Assembly: GCA_050613775.1 (NCBI GenBank)
Contig: JBODTK010000016.1
Coordinates: 372,001-436,000, forward strand
Direction: 5' to 3'
DNA: 64,000 nucleotides
Origin: Neocallimastix sp. 'constans'
Taxonomy: Eukaryota
Positions 22,192 through 46,800 of this stretch are shown here, one piece after another; position 1 is the stretch's first letter, and the number at the start of each line of letters is the position of its first letter. The translations under genes were made by a program, and so were the position numbers. Below the pieces are notes generated by a model. It was not told the DNA's origin. It searched no databases and saw only the letters and a program-made list of their open reading frames with translations.

Positions 22192-23063
22192 AAATATTTA
22201 ACAATAAACGGTAGTAATTAGTAATTAGTAAAAATAATAATAATAATAAAATAAAAACATAAAAATAATAATTTAAATATATTATTTCATTGATAATAAA
22301 AGAAAAGTAATTATTTATTATCTTTTAAATTGTAAAAACAAAAAACAAAAAACAAAAAATATTTGTGATTATACTTCATATAATTTAAATAAAGTATTTA
22401 AAGTTTAATTAATTTTAACGTATTTTGTATACTTTGTTTAAACAACAATTCAATATTTAATGATAAAATTTGAGATAAAAAAAAATTCATAAAAATTTAA
22501 AATATTAATGCTATATTATTAATAAATTTTAACTAATTTAATCTTTAAAAAAAAAATAATAATAATATGTATGTATAAAAAACTACATCTTTTTTTTTTA
22601 AAATAATTTATAAAATTTTATTTTATATTATTTTTCCTTTTTCTAATATTTGAACCTTAAATATTAATATAATAATATAATCTATTATTATTTTAATTAA
22701 TAAATTTTAATTTCGTTTGAACAATAGAACAAAAACATCAATTATAATTTTTTTTTTTTTTTTTTTATTTTAAAAGCTTACAAGTTATATATTATTTATA
22801 TTTTATTATCATTAATCATTATTTTATTTTTATTTTGTTATTATTATTTTTTAATTTTCTTTTTTATTTATTTTATTTTATATATATATATATATTTTTT
22901 TTTTATATAATTTTTTTATAATAAATAACTTTTATATAATTGTTATGTAAAATACAATAAAATAAAAATATATAAATAAATAGTAAAAAAAACTTAAATT
23001 TCTTGTTAAAAATATAAAATATAAATCATAATAATAAGATACAATATAATAATATAAGTAATC

Positions 23064-34752
<11,689 letters not shown>

Positions 34753-35180
34753 TACATGAAGTTAATAAAATAGGCCAATTAAAAAATAATAGAATATTCC
34801 ATAATATGCATATACCACTATTTTTTTATAAAATAATTTTATAAACTTTATTATTTATTTTTAAAAATATGATGATTTATAAAATAAATACTTGTATAAA
34901 TATAATGTAATCTATTTACAAAATGAAATTAAATTGAAATAAAATAATGAAAAAAAAAGTTTATTTAATTAGTTTTTATTAATATCTTTTTTGATACTTC
35001 ATAAAAAAAAGTAGTAATAAAAAAAAAAAGCCATAATTATTATTATATATATTATTGAAGGATTAAAATTTATAGAGTAATTATAATATATGAACAAATA
35101 AATAAAAAATTTTGTTTAATTTTATATAAATAATAAATTAAAAATTTTAAATTTTTATAATTTAATTAATTATTCTTAGA

Positions 35181-35214
<34 letters not shown>

Positions 35215-38124
35215 AAAAAATAATAAATACTACTATTTTGATTGTTTTTTCCTTTTTTATTTTATATAATTATTAATTATATAATTATAAATATCATAAA
35301 AATATCAAAAAAAAAAATTATAATTTATATTACTTTTTGAATTATTAATAAAAAAATCTTTTATAAATTAAATTATTGCTTATTGTTTCTTACTAATTTT
35401 TGTTATTTCATATTCATATTACTTTAATAATAATTTAAAGATATTTAATTTGAATTATGAATAAAAAAAATCTTTTAAGTATTGTGTTAAACCATATTTT
35501 TTTTTTTTTTTGAAATTGATTTTTATATAAATCTTATAAATTTTATTAATCAAAATTTAAAAATGAAAATTAATTATTCTAATTATTATTATTATTATTT
35601 TATTATTTTTTATTATTATATACTATTATTTATTATAATTATTTATTATTATTTATTATTATTTATTATTATTTATTATTATTTATTATTATTTATTATT
35701 ATTTATTATTATTTATTATTATTTATTATTATTTATTATTTTGTTGTAACTAATTAAAGCACTTTTGTACATATTAAATTCAAATAATCAAATAACTCAG
35801 ACCTTCAGAAAGATCTTTTACCATTTTATTTGCTGTCAAGTAATATAATTCATATATTTTTTATTAATTTAATTTAGAGCTAATAATAAACTTAATATAA
35901 TTTAAATAACATTTATTATAATAATATATGAAGTACAATATATTCTGAATATATTCATTTAATATTAATAAAATATATTCATATTACATTGATGTCTTTT
36001 TTATATTTTAATATATTTCTTTGAATGGTAACACAAAAAAAAATGTGACTATTCAGTTTTTTGAACCAAAATTTGAAGTAAAACTAGATTATTATATATT
36101 ATCAGTAGCATAAATGAGTCAAAATACTTTTAAGAACAATTTTATTAATATGTCTAAAAAAATGTTATAAAAGGTTAGGTTTATATATTTAATTTTTTTT
36201 TTAAATTGCTACATTTAATTTATTAAAAGTCTTAAGCTTTAGTGGCGTGTATGTGTGGATATCGATGTTCATTATAGTTTTATTTTTAATACATTTTCTC
36301 TACTATTAAATAAAAGATTTATTATATATTTAGTAAGTTCATGATTTATTTAATAAAATAAAAAATTATTACTAAATTGAATATATTTCGAGTTTTTTAT
36401 TTTATTTTATTTATCTTTAAACTTAAATAAATATTTTTGAAAATGATTCAATGAATAAATTATTAATAAAATGCTTGAAAAATATTAATTGATTCACTAG
36501 AATAATCCATAATCTATACTAAATATAATAATAAAAAACCTTTTTCTTTCTTTTATGTTATTTCGTTTATATATAATATTAATTTTTAAATCATAAATTA
36601 ATAATAGTAATGATAATTTAATACTAAATGATTAAGTCAAATGTATAAATAATTAATAAATTTGATTGACTGAAGAACAACAAAATATTTCATAAATTTA
36701 TATGAATAATCAATAATTATATATGGTAAAAGTTAAGAATATCTATAATTTATTTCATTAGAATCATACTTATTAAACATTTTTATTGTTAATAAAAAAA
36801 ATTATATTCTGTTTCTATCTTATTTGAAGTTATTAAAATAGAATTTTATCTACTGATACTGTTATTTTTAACGACTACTTATACTATTTTAATATTTATA
36901 TTTCTTTTATTATTTCTTTATTATTATATTTCTTTTAATTCTATATTTCTTTTATTTTTCTTATTTTATTTCCCTATTTGAATAAAAAGATTAAAAAAAA
37001 AATAAAAAAAAAATTAAAATATTATAATATATTAAATTATTTTTATATATTATTTATATATAAATTAAATATAATATATTTGATTCAAATGCTAATATTT
37101 ATTTATATAGAATAATATGACATATATAAAAATCTTAAATGATATAAAATAATATATAGACAATTTAAAAGAATGTACTTTAAATCAAATGATATTTATA
37201 TTTATTAATATATATCACCATATATATCATCATGTATTATCATGTATTTTCTAATATATTAAAGTATTTTTATGATAAAACAAAAAAGTAAATAAAATTT
37301 TCATTTCTTAATATTTATAAATTATTACATATATTAATATTTAATAATATATATTGTAACATATATTATTATTTATTATGTACTATAAACAATATATTAT
37401 TAATAATATTTATATATATGAGTTACATATTATATTTTTTAATTTTCCATTAAATAAAAGATTTTGATATTTAATTATTATTAAACTTTATTCATATTAA
37501 TTTAAAACATTCAATTAAATCCAATTTGCTTACTCAGTAAAATGACATATATAGTAATAATATTAATTAAAATTTTTATATTTTATAATGAGTTTTAATT
37601 ATAATATACTATTTTAATTTTAATTTTTAGATTTCTTGTTTTTTACTAATTAATTTTAAAATAAAGAATAAAATTTCTTTTTATTTTAATAGTAATAAGA
37701 TGGAAATAAAGTTAATTTTTGGATATTGAAATATTAAAATCTATATTAGTTATTAGAAAATTAATGTTTTTAAAATTATTAATTATTTTAAAGTTTTAAT
37801 TAAAATATATCATTTTCAATAATACTTTTTATATAAAGAGAAAAAGGTGTTTTTTTTTTTTTTTATTTTTTTTATTTTTTTTTATTTAATTTTGAAAATT
37901 TGGTAATAAAAAACATATTAAAGATTTACAATTATTAAATATAAATAATTTCAAAAAACGTTTCATTTAAAAAAGAAATAAAATAATAGTAATATAACTG
38001 TAATCAAAAAAGTAAACAAAAATATAACAATAATATTTTATTGATAGATTATTTTTATTAAAGCATTAATTTTTTTGAGAAAAAATTTAATCTTTTAATA
38101 AGATATCTGAATAATAATTATTAT

Positions 38125-38161
<37 letters not shown>

Positions 38162-38294
38162 TTTGTATTTTAATACATTTCTCTTTAAAAATATTGAAAG
38201 TTCATTATTAAATGTTAACATACTTATATGTACAAGCAATAATTAAAATAAAAAGCATAATTAATATACATTTTTTGGACTTTTTATTTGTTTA

Positions 38295-38327
<33 letters not shown>

Positions 38328-39223
38328 TATAAAGAGATTGAATACAGATGAAAATGCAACAAAATATTAATCATTTTCATTTTATATGCTATTTAAAGAA
38401 AATCAATATTTTTACTAATAATTAATTACCACAGGTACACCACCATTGTAGTTAAATGAATTGTAATTTTTTATTTTTGTATTAAATATAATACTCATAA
38501 AAATAAAAAATATACTTGTATATAGTATTTCCAATTAATACTAAAATAAATTGTGGAAATTGCTTCCTTTTTTTTTTATTCTTTTTCTTTTGCTTATTAA
38601 TTATATCAAGATAAAATTAAATTCATAAAAAACAAAATTTCCAGTTTTGAAAAATTAAAAAAATAATAAAATAAATTCGTTAACAAAGTAATATTTGCTA
38701 TTAAATATAATATAAATTAAATTTTCAATATCATATCATATCATATCATAATATTCTTTATATAATTAAATATGATAAAATAAGTAATATTACTACTACT
38801 ACTACTAATAATAATAATAATAAAAAATTGTATTGATAGAAAAAAGTGAAAAAAAAAAAATTTTATTATATTAAAATCTTAGGATATTTGAAGCTTTAAA
38901 AGATATTTTTTACCAAATAATATTTTATATATATTTTGTATTATATATATAATTGTTACATTCAATTGTAGAAAAAAAAAATAAAAATAAATATAACTAA
39001 TTAAAAATTTAAATTTAAAATATACTGTTTTGACAATAAAGTAATAAAGTATATAAGATATATATATATTTGTTTATTAAATTTTATTATCTTTTTATAT
39101 TATTAGATAATAATAATAATAATAATAATAGAATAATAACAATAGCATTTAAAATAAAACAAATAATAGTAATAATACTAATAATAAAAACAAAAAACAA
39201 AAAAAAAACAAAAAAAAAAAAAA

Positions 39224-42200
39224 ATGTCAGAAAAGGTTACTAGTGAATTTGCTTCTCAAGTAGAATCTTTAGATTCTTTTCCAGAACAAATACATGATTA
39301 TATATCAAATTCAACTGATGATGAGAATGAAAAGGAAATAGAAAATCAAAATCGTATTATGTCTAATTCAGTGGAAAAAGTTATTATAAATCCTGATACA
39401 TTATCTCAATATAAATCAAATGATAGAAATAACAAATTTCAATTACCATTAGACCTTGTAGATCAACTTGAAGAATTAAGTCATTCGTTGCTCGATGAAG
39501 ATTTAGATAATTCTATAGTTAATCATATTGAAGAATCAGAGGAGAAGAGATGTGATATCAAACAGAATGATTTTATATATCAAAATATAGGTAATAAGAA
39601 AAATGAAAGTAACATAAAATATTTATTAGATCCTAGTAGAGAAAATATAAATTCTTTTTTTTCAAAAAAAAAGGTTAATAATAATGGATATTCATTATTT
39701 AAAATGGTAGTTAATGGATTATTTTTAAATAATAAAAAATCAAAGAATATTAAATCAACTAATACTTCTGATTTATCATCACAAACGCCAGAAATCAATT
39801 CTAAACCTGCATTAGGTTTATCTACCTTATATTCCCTTTCTACTAATGGAATTAATGTTAATAATCAAAATAATTTTGTAAATGGATTAAAATCACCATT
39901 AACTCCAAGCTTATCTTCACCTGACATTGAAAATGCAGTGATTTCTTCTCCTATTATTAAGCAAGATAATAATCAACCCTCATTAACTTCATCATCATCA
40001 TCATCATTTACTTTCCTTCCATCCTCCTTTATGTCAATCTTTTCACATGAGTCAAAATCTAATGGAAATACTTCTTTGTTAATTCATACTAAGAATAATG
40101 ATGGTAATCATATCGATTCAGATTCAGATTCAGAATTTTTATATTCTTTACCTAATCAAAGTATTCAAAATTTAAGAGAAATTAAATCCTTAATGGATTC
40201 AAAAATTTATTCTTCTTCTAAAGATAATTCAAAAATTAAAAAAGATTATTCCATCCATAATTTAAATCAAGGAATTAAACGTTCTTATATTTCTTCTCCT
40301 TCTCCTTCATTATCATCATCATCTTCTTCTTTAAAATTTGAAAAAGGAAAAGGAAAAGGATCGTCTAATTCAAAAATCGATTTTCAATCCTTTTTAAATG
40401 CCTTTAATAATCGTACAGATATTTTTACAACTACTACTACTACTACTACTACTACTAATAATAATAATAATAATAATAACAATAATAACAACAACAACAA
40501 TAATAATAATAAAAATTATGAATGTCAATTACCTCCATTTTCTTCTGCAGTGTCATCTAATATTTCAACATCTTCAAGTGATCATAATAAAATATTACCC
40601 TCAGATATAAGTAAAGGAAGTCTATCCTATCCATCTTATATGACGTCTTTACCTCTTTTATCAAATAGAGAATCATTTATTACATTACCTCCATTACATC
40701 ATACTGATAACAATAATAAGCCGAAAACGCTATCTTCCAATGAGGATGATGATAGTAATAGTAATAATAATAATAATCATTCAGTACGTGTACTTCCTTC
40801 TACATTACTTACAGAAGATAAAAATGAAGATGAAATGTCTATTACTTCCTCATCATTCGATTCATTCCCTGAATATAAATCAGAAAATTTTTTACCATCT
40901 TCAAAAATAAAAGCTCATATTGAAGATAAAACTGAGTTAGAACCGGAACTAGAATCAGAATTTAATAAAGATCTTAATTCTATGTCAACTATATCTTCTA
41001 AGCCTATTCCAACTCAGAATAGACATATTAGTTATAATCTTAGTCAATCCTTCCCTAAAAGAAGCACTTATCTCAATACTAACCATCATCGCCATTCCTC
41101 AAGTTCTAAAAATAATATTAATTACTTATATCCAAATAGAGGTGTATCTGCTTCACCTGATTCATCCTCTCTTTCTTCCATTTTAGAAAATCCTGAAAGT
41201 ATCGCATTAAAGGAAAAAGTTGAAAATTCAAATAATGATTCTGTTTTACGTCAGTATAGAATTAGATTTAAACCTCAATCACTTTTATCTTCAAATAATA
41301 AACAAAATAATTCAAATCAAGGTAACGATAATATAAGGCGTCGTAAAACTATATATACTTCAACTTCTTATTTCAATAAATCTAATAATAGTAAAAATAG
41401 CAATAATAAAAATAAAAATAAAAATATAAATATAAATGATCAAAATAATAATAATAGTAAGAATAACAGTAATAAAACGAATAATCAAAATATCAATCAA
41501 ATAATAAATAATAGAAAATCCAATAGTAATGATACTAATGAATTACGTCGTGCTCATTCTCTACATTATAATAATAGATCAAGCAATGGTTATCGCTATA
41601 GTCAAAGCTATGGTGTAAATAATCGTCATGATAGTATTTCTTCTTCACGTTCAGCACTTACCAACTTTTTATCCAATTTTTCCTTTGCCAGTTCGAATTC
41701 AAATACAAATACTTATAGCGAACAAGATGAAGAGGAAGAAGATTATGATAATGAATTCGCTGATCATTCCTTTATTAAATCTTCAGCATCACTTTATTCT
41801 TCCTTTATTAATGCTGAAGCAGAAAAGAAGAGTAGTACGGATTCAAAGACTCCATCTGTCTTTGATCCAGATTTTATAGAAAAAGTTAGGAATAAAACCA
41901 TTAAACATCAAAAATCACTGTTTTTTAATTCAGAATCATATGATAAAAATTATATGGAACCATCAAGTTTCAATAGTATCATTCCAGAACCAGAGAAACT
42001 TCGTCTCTTAAATCCAGTATATGTTCGAGCTCAATATTTTGAGAGTCTTCGTAACCATGAAGATCATCAAGAACCACAATTAAAGTCAAAATCAACGACC
42101 TTAAGTGAAATGGAACAAGATATAGTATCGCCAGATCAAATATTAGATACTATTACAGCTGAAAAATTACGTTTCCATTTACCAAGAAGATATCGTGAAT

Positions 42201-42715
42201 ATTCCACATGGGAATTAATTTTTAGTTTAAGTGAACATGGCTCCAGTTTTATTACCCTTTATGATAAAATTGTAGGGAAAGGTCCACTTTTAATGGCTAT
42301 TAAAGATTCAAATGATCAAATATTTGGTGCCTATATTTCGGAAAGTGTTCAAATTTCATCCAGATATTATGGTACAGGTGAATGTTTCCTTTGGAAAAAG
42401 GGAGATGGCCATGATCAACGTTCCTTTAAGGTTTTTGAATGGTCCGGATTAAATGAACTCAATATTTTGACTACTCGTGATATGATTGCTTTTGGTGGAG
42501 GCAAACAAGGTCATTTTGGTTTATGTTTAGATCAATATTTAGAAGGAGGTACTACAGCTCGTTGTGATACCTTTAGAAATGAACCATTGACCATATCATC
42601 AAGAATTGATGATGTCATTAAACCTCAAACCGTACCAACTTATTATGAAACGCATGACATCAGTTTTGAATGTATTAATATAGAATTTTGGAAAATTGTA
42701 GATAATCTACGTTAA
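39224..42715 (+). CDS. OXR1: Oxidation resistance protein 1-like (C-terminal TLDc domain), intronless, 1163 aa
   Basis: C-terminal LRFHLPRRYREYSTWELIFSLSEHGSSFITLY...LMAIKDSNDQIFGAYISE...YYGTGECFLW...FEWSGLNE...IAFGGG..GHFGLCLDQYLEGGTTARCDTFRNEPL...FECINIEFW is a canonical TLDc domain (~42130-42700). It is preceded by ~970 aa of Ser/Asn-rich sequence. Confidence 0.92.
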   Translation: MSEKVTSEFASQVESLDSFPEQIHDYISNSTDDENEKEIENQNRIMSNSVEKVIINPDTLSQYKSNDRNNKFQLPLDLVDQLEELSHSLLDEDLDNSIVNHIEESEEKRCDIKQNDFIYQNIGNKKNESNIKYLLDPSRENINSFFSKKKVNNNGYSLFKMVVNGLFLNNKKSKNIKSTNTSDLSSQTPEINSKPALGLSTLYSLSTNGINVNNQNNFVNGLKSPLTPSLSSPDIENAVISSPIIKQDNNQPSLTSSSSSSFTFLPSSFMSIFSHESKSNGNTSLLIHTKNNDGNHIDSDSDSEFLYSLPNQSIQNLREIKSLMDSKIYSSSKDNSKIKKDYSIHNLNQGIKRSYISSPSPSLSSSSSSLKFEKGKGKGSSNSKIDFQSFLNAFNNRTDIFTTTTTTTTTTNNNNNNNNNNNNNNNNNNKNYECQLPPFSSAVSSNISTSSSDHNKILPSDISKGSLSYPSYMTSLPLLSNRESFITLPPLHHTDNNNKPKTLSSNEDDDSNSNNNNNHSVRVLPSTLLTEDKNEDEMSITSSSFDSFPEYKSENFLPSSKIKAHIEDKTELEPELESEFNKDLNSMSTISSKPIPTQNRHISYNLSQSFPKRSTYLNTNHHRHSSSSKNNINYLYPNRGVSASPDSSSLSSILENPESIALKEKVENSNNDSVLRQYRIRFKPQSLLSSNNKQNNSNQGNDNIRRRKTIYTSTSYFNKSNNSKNSNNKNKNKNININDQNNNNSKNNSNKTNNQNINQIINNRKSNSNDTNELRRAHSLHYNNRSSNGYRYSQSYGVNNRHDSISSSRSALTNFLSNFSFASSNSNTNTYSEQDEEEEDYDNEFADHSFIKSSASLYSSFINAEAEKKSSTDSKTPSVFDPDFIEKVRNKTIKHQKSLFFNSESYDKNYMEPSSFNSIIPEPEKLRLLNPVYVRAQYFESLRNHEDHQEPQLKSKSTTLSEMEQDIVSPDQILDTITAEKLRFHLPRRYREYSTWELIFSLSEHGSSFITLYDKIVGKGPLLMAIKDSNDQIFGAYISESVQISSRYYGTGECFLWKKGDGHDQRSFKVFEWSGLNELNILTTRDMIAFGGGKQGHFGLCLDQYLEGGTTARCDTFRNEPLTISSRIDDVIKPQTVPTYYETHDISFECINIEFWKIVDNLR

Positions 42716-42781
42716 ATATCATTAAAGAAAGAAAAAACAAAAAAACAAAAAACAAAAAAGACATTTAAGATAATTAAATCC

Positions 42782-42819
<38 letters not shown>

Positions 42820-43042
42820 ATAATAAACATAATATATAGCATATTTATATCGAAAGGAAGAAATATTTGTATATAAACCTATATATTATGACAATATTAA
42901 AAAAAAAAAGTATATATATAAATATATATTAAAAACATTAACTTGTATAATATTAAATAAAATAATAATAACAATAATAATAATAAAAATAATAAAAATA
43001 ACTATACTATCTGTTACTCCCAAAACCGGACTTTAAAATAAC

Positions 43043-43084
<42 letters not shown>

Positions 43085-43272
43085 AAATTAAATAACGTAT
43101 AAAATATTACTTTATATCTTTGTAGATATTGTTATATATAAATAAATAATATAAAAATATGAATTCAATTAATATTAATAAAATAAAAATAATACAAAAT
43201 ATAATAGTTTTATTAATGTAGTGTGAAAATTATATATTATTTATCTTTCCATCTATCTATCTATTATCTATC

Positions 43273-43311
<39 letters not shown>

Positions 43312-43721
43312 GTCATTTCCACAGAATTTTATAATTTTCATTATATACATATTTCATATTAAAAAAGAAATATATATAGTAATTATTTTTAATTAAATAT
43401 TATTATATTTTTATTACATATAATATATTACTTTTTTTTTTTGTTATTATTGTTGAAACAATAAAACTTTCCTCTTAAAATTTTTAAATTATATATATAT
43501 ATCTACTTTCATTAAGAAGGAAGTATAAAAAAAAAAAAAAAAGATACAAATAAAAAAAAAATTAAATAATACGGTCAAATATTTAAAAATTTATATTAAA
43601 GAAAAATATTATTACTTTTATTATTATAAGTTTTATTGCTATTATTTTTTAAAAAAAGTAAATTTTTATCTTTTTTAGGTGATTTTGAAAGAAAAAAAAA
43701 AAAAAAAGATTTTTGTTGCAT

Positions 43722-43839
43722 ATAATAAAAGATAATAGAGGATTGTGTATAAAAAAATTCATTTTAAATAGAATAGTATTTACACTATTCTATTTAAAAT
43801 GAAATTTTTTATACACAATCCTCTATTATCTTTTATTAT
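43722..43839. repeat. Near-perfect inverted repeat (56-bp arms, 6-nt loop, 1 mismatch)
   Basis: 43722-43777 ATAATAAAAGATAATAGAGGATTGTGTATAAAAAAATTCATTTTAAATAGAATAGT, loop ATTTAC, then 43784-43839 is the reverse complement except at one position. Confidence 0.95.
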
Positions 43840-46800
43840 TATTATTATTATTTTTGTCTTTGACAACTTAATTGTTAAGTTTATTTAAGTTATATTTCAA
43901 CATTTTTATTCGTTTTAATTATGAAATTATTAACTGTTATATTAAAAACAAACAAATAAACAAACAAACATACAAATAAAAATTATTATTTATTATTTAT
44001 TAATTTATAAAAAAAAAAAATTATTACAGTAGATAATTAGTAATAAATAATAAATTAATAATTAATAAACTTATTTTTTTGATAATTACTTTAATTTTTT
44101 ATTTATCATTTTTATCGCTAAAGAGAATTTCTTTTCAATCTTAACATTATAATTATATTAACAAAAAACTTTTACGATTGAATGAGCAGAATTTTTTTAT
44201 CCTTTATAAAATTTTTTGATAGTAATCTAGTTATAATCACAATAAAAAAAAATATCCATCAAAACAATTATTTTTTATTTCATTAATAATTAATTTTAAT
44301 TTTTTATCAAATTTTTTATTACTATTTTTTATTAATATTTTATTTTAATAAGTTTATTTTCAATTAATTTTATTTTATATATGTGCAATATATGATATAA
44401 TATATTAAATTATATTACGATTAAATATCGCAATAGGAATATATTAAGGGGTTGAAAATTGATGAAATAGATTTCATATATTTTATATATAATTCTAAAA
44501 TATTACAATATACGTATAATATATTATAATATATTTATAAAATAAAACATATTTAACCTAATTTTCTTTAAAAAATTAAAAAATTAAAAATATAGTTTGT
44601 GGTTCAAATAAATAAATACATAAATAAATATTAAATATTAAATATAATATTTACTTGACTATTACTAATAAATTAAAAAAAATTTAATATAGAATAATAT
44701 AAATAATTTTATATATAAAAAATTTAAAAAATTTTACATTTTATTTTAACAGTTTTTATTTATAAAGTAAATAAAATGTTTATGGTTTTATACTTTATTA
44801 ATTATTAAAAATAATGTACATTTATCGTTTATTTATTATTTAAGATATCAATGATTTTTTAATAATCATTTGGTTTTATATTATTTTGAGTTTTAAATTA
44901 AAAAATAAGCAAAATTAACTTTTTCTTTGGTGATGAGTTGTTTAAAACTTTTTATTTAACTCAAATTTTACTTCTTTAATTATAAAATTAGAGGTCTTAA
45001 ATTATTATATATATTTTTTTATTTTATGTCTATATTTAGTACCAGCTTTTTGAACGTTAAATATAATTAAATTTTTATTTTTATTTTTATAATTTTTAAT
45101 CAAATATCTATAATTAATATTAAATTACTCTATAAATTATTTAATTACTATTCCAAATAGTATATAGTCCTCAATGAAATAATTTGAAATTTTAATTCAA
45201 TAGTTTTTTTTATTTTTATTTTTAATTAATTCTTTTACTTTTTATTCTTGATGTAAAATAATAATAAAATTTTTAATATAATAAAGATAAGTTCAATTAA
45301 AGCTATAATATTAAAAAACTTAAATTATTAATTAGAGGATTTAATAATTCATTTATTTAATATAATTAATTTTTTTTTTTTTTTTTAAAAAAGTAAACTT
45401 TTATACTATTTTAAAATAAAATATTGTGGAATTAACAAATAATTAAACATACATTCGAGTAATATGAAGCTTTTATATATATATATAATAAGACGAATAA
45501 TTATTTTATTAAACATATTAATTATTGAAATAAAAAGTATAATTATTAAAAATTTTTGAGCTACTGAATTTTTATGTTTAATTAATTTATTAATTAATCA
45601 TTACTTAATATTCATTTTTTACTATTTTTTTTTAATAATATATATATATAATTATGTTACATCATATTAAATTATTTGATTACATATAATTTTTTGATAT
45701 TCATAAAAACTATCTAATATATATATATATATAATTATTTATTTTTTATGTCTATGAGCAATCCTATTTAAAGACATACTAATTCCCTTTTAATTTGCTT
45801 TGTAGTAAATTTTTTTTATATCAACTTTTTATATATATATATTTTTTATAATTGATTCCATCCATCTATCTATCTATCTATCTATATATATATTATTTTT
45901 TATTTTTTTTTCCAAACCTACAGAAATATTGTACTCTAGCAAAATTTTCTTAAATTATTATTTATGTAAATAATTATAATATAAATATTATAATTATTTA
46001 AATATTAGATAATAATAAAAAAAATAATAAATTATTTTATAATTCAATAAAAAAAAAGGTGTATCACTTTTATTAATAAAAAAGTATTTACAATTTTAAT
46101 ATAATTAAAATTTAAAAAAGGGTATATAGGTTGTTCTAATATCATATATAATAAGGATAAGGTAAAAGATATCATTTAATCTTAATTATGCTTTAATAAT
46201 TATTTTTATTCATTATTATATTAAATACCCTTTCTAATTATTAACTATACAATTTTTCTTCTTATTATTTTATGAAAAAAATTTTGTTTGTTTTATTGAT
46301 GTTTTTAATTAATAATATCTTAACCACTATAATAATTACTATTTATATCCATATTATATAATTTATATTTATTATACTACAATATATTATACTATATATT
46401 ACAGAATTTATATGGATATATTCATTAATTTATAAATGTAGATAAATAAAAATTGGATGAATATTCATTTAAATAAATTATTTAAAATTCTTCAATAATA
46501 GAAAAACCACACAATATATATATATATACATTTGAAAAAATTTTTATTTTTATATTGTACTAATTTCTATTTATTAATAATTATAAAAATTTAATATTTT
46601 GTTAATAATATTAATTAAAAATTATTAATATTATTATTTTTTGATATTAAAAATTTTAATATAATTAATACTAACATTGTAGTTATATTTTATACTATTA
46701 AATAGCAAATATTCTTATTAGTAATTACTGAGATATCCTTTTTTCTTATTAAATTGGAATATTAATTAGGAAGTATCCTACAGAAAGGTTTAATAGAAAC

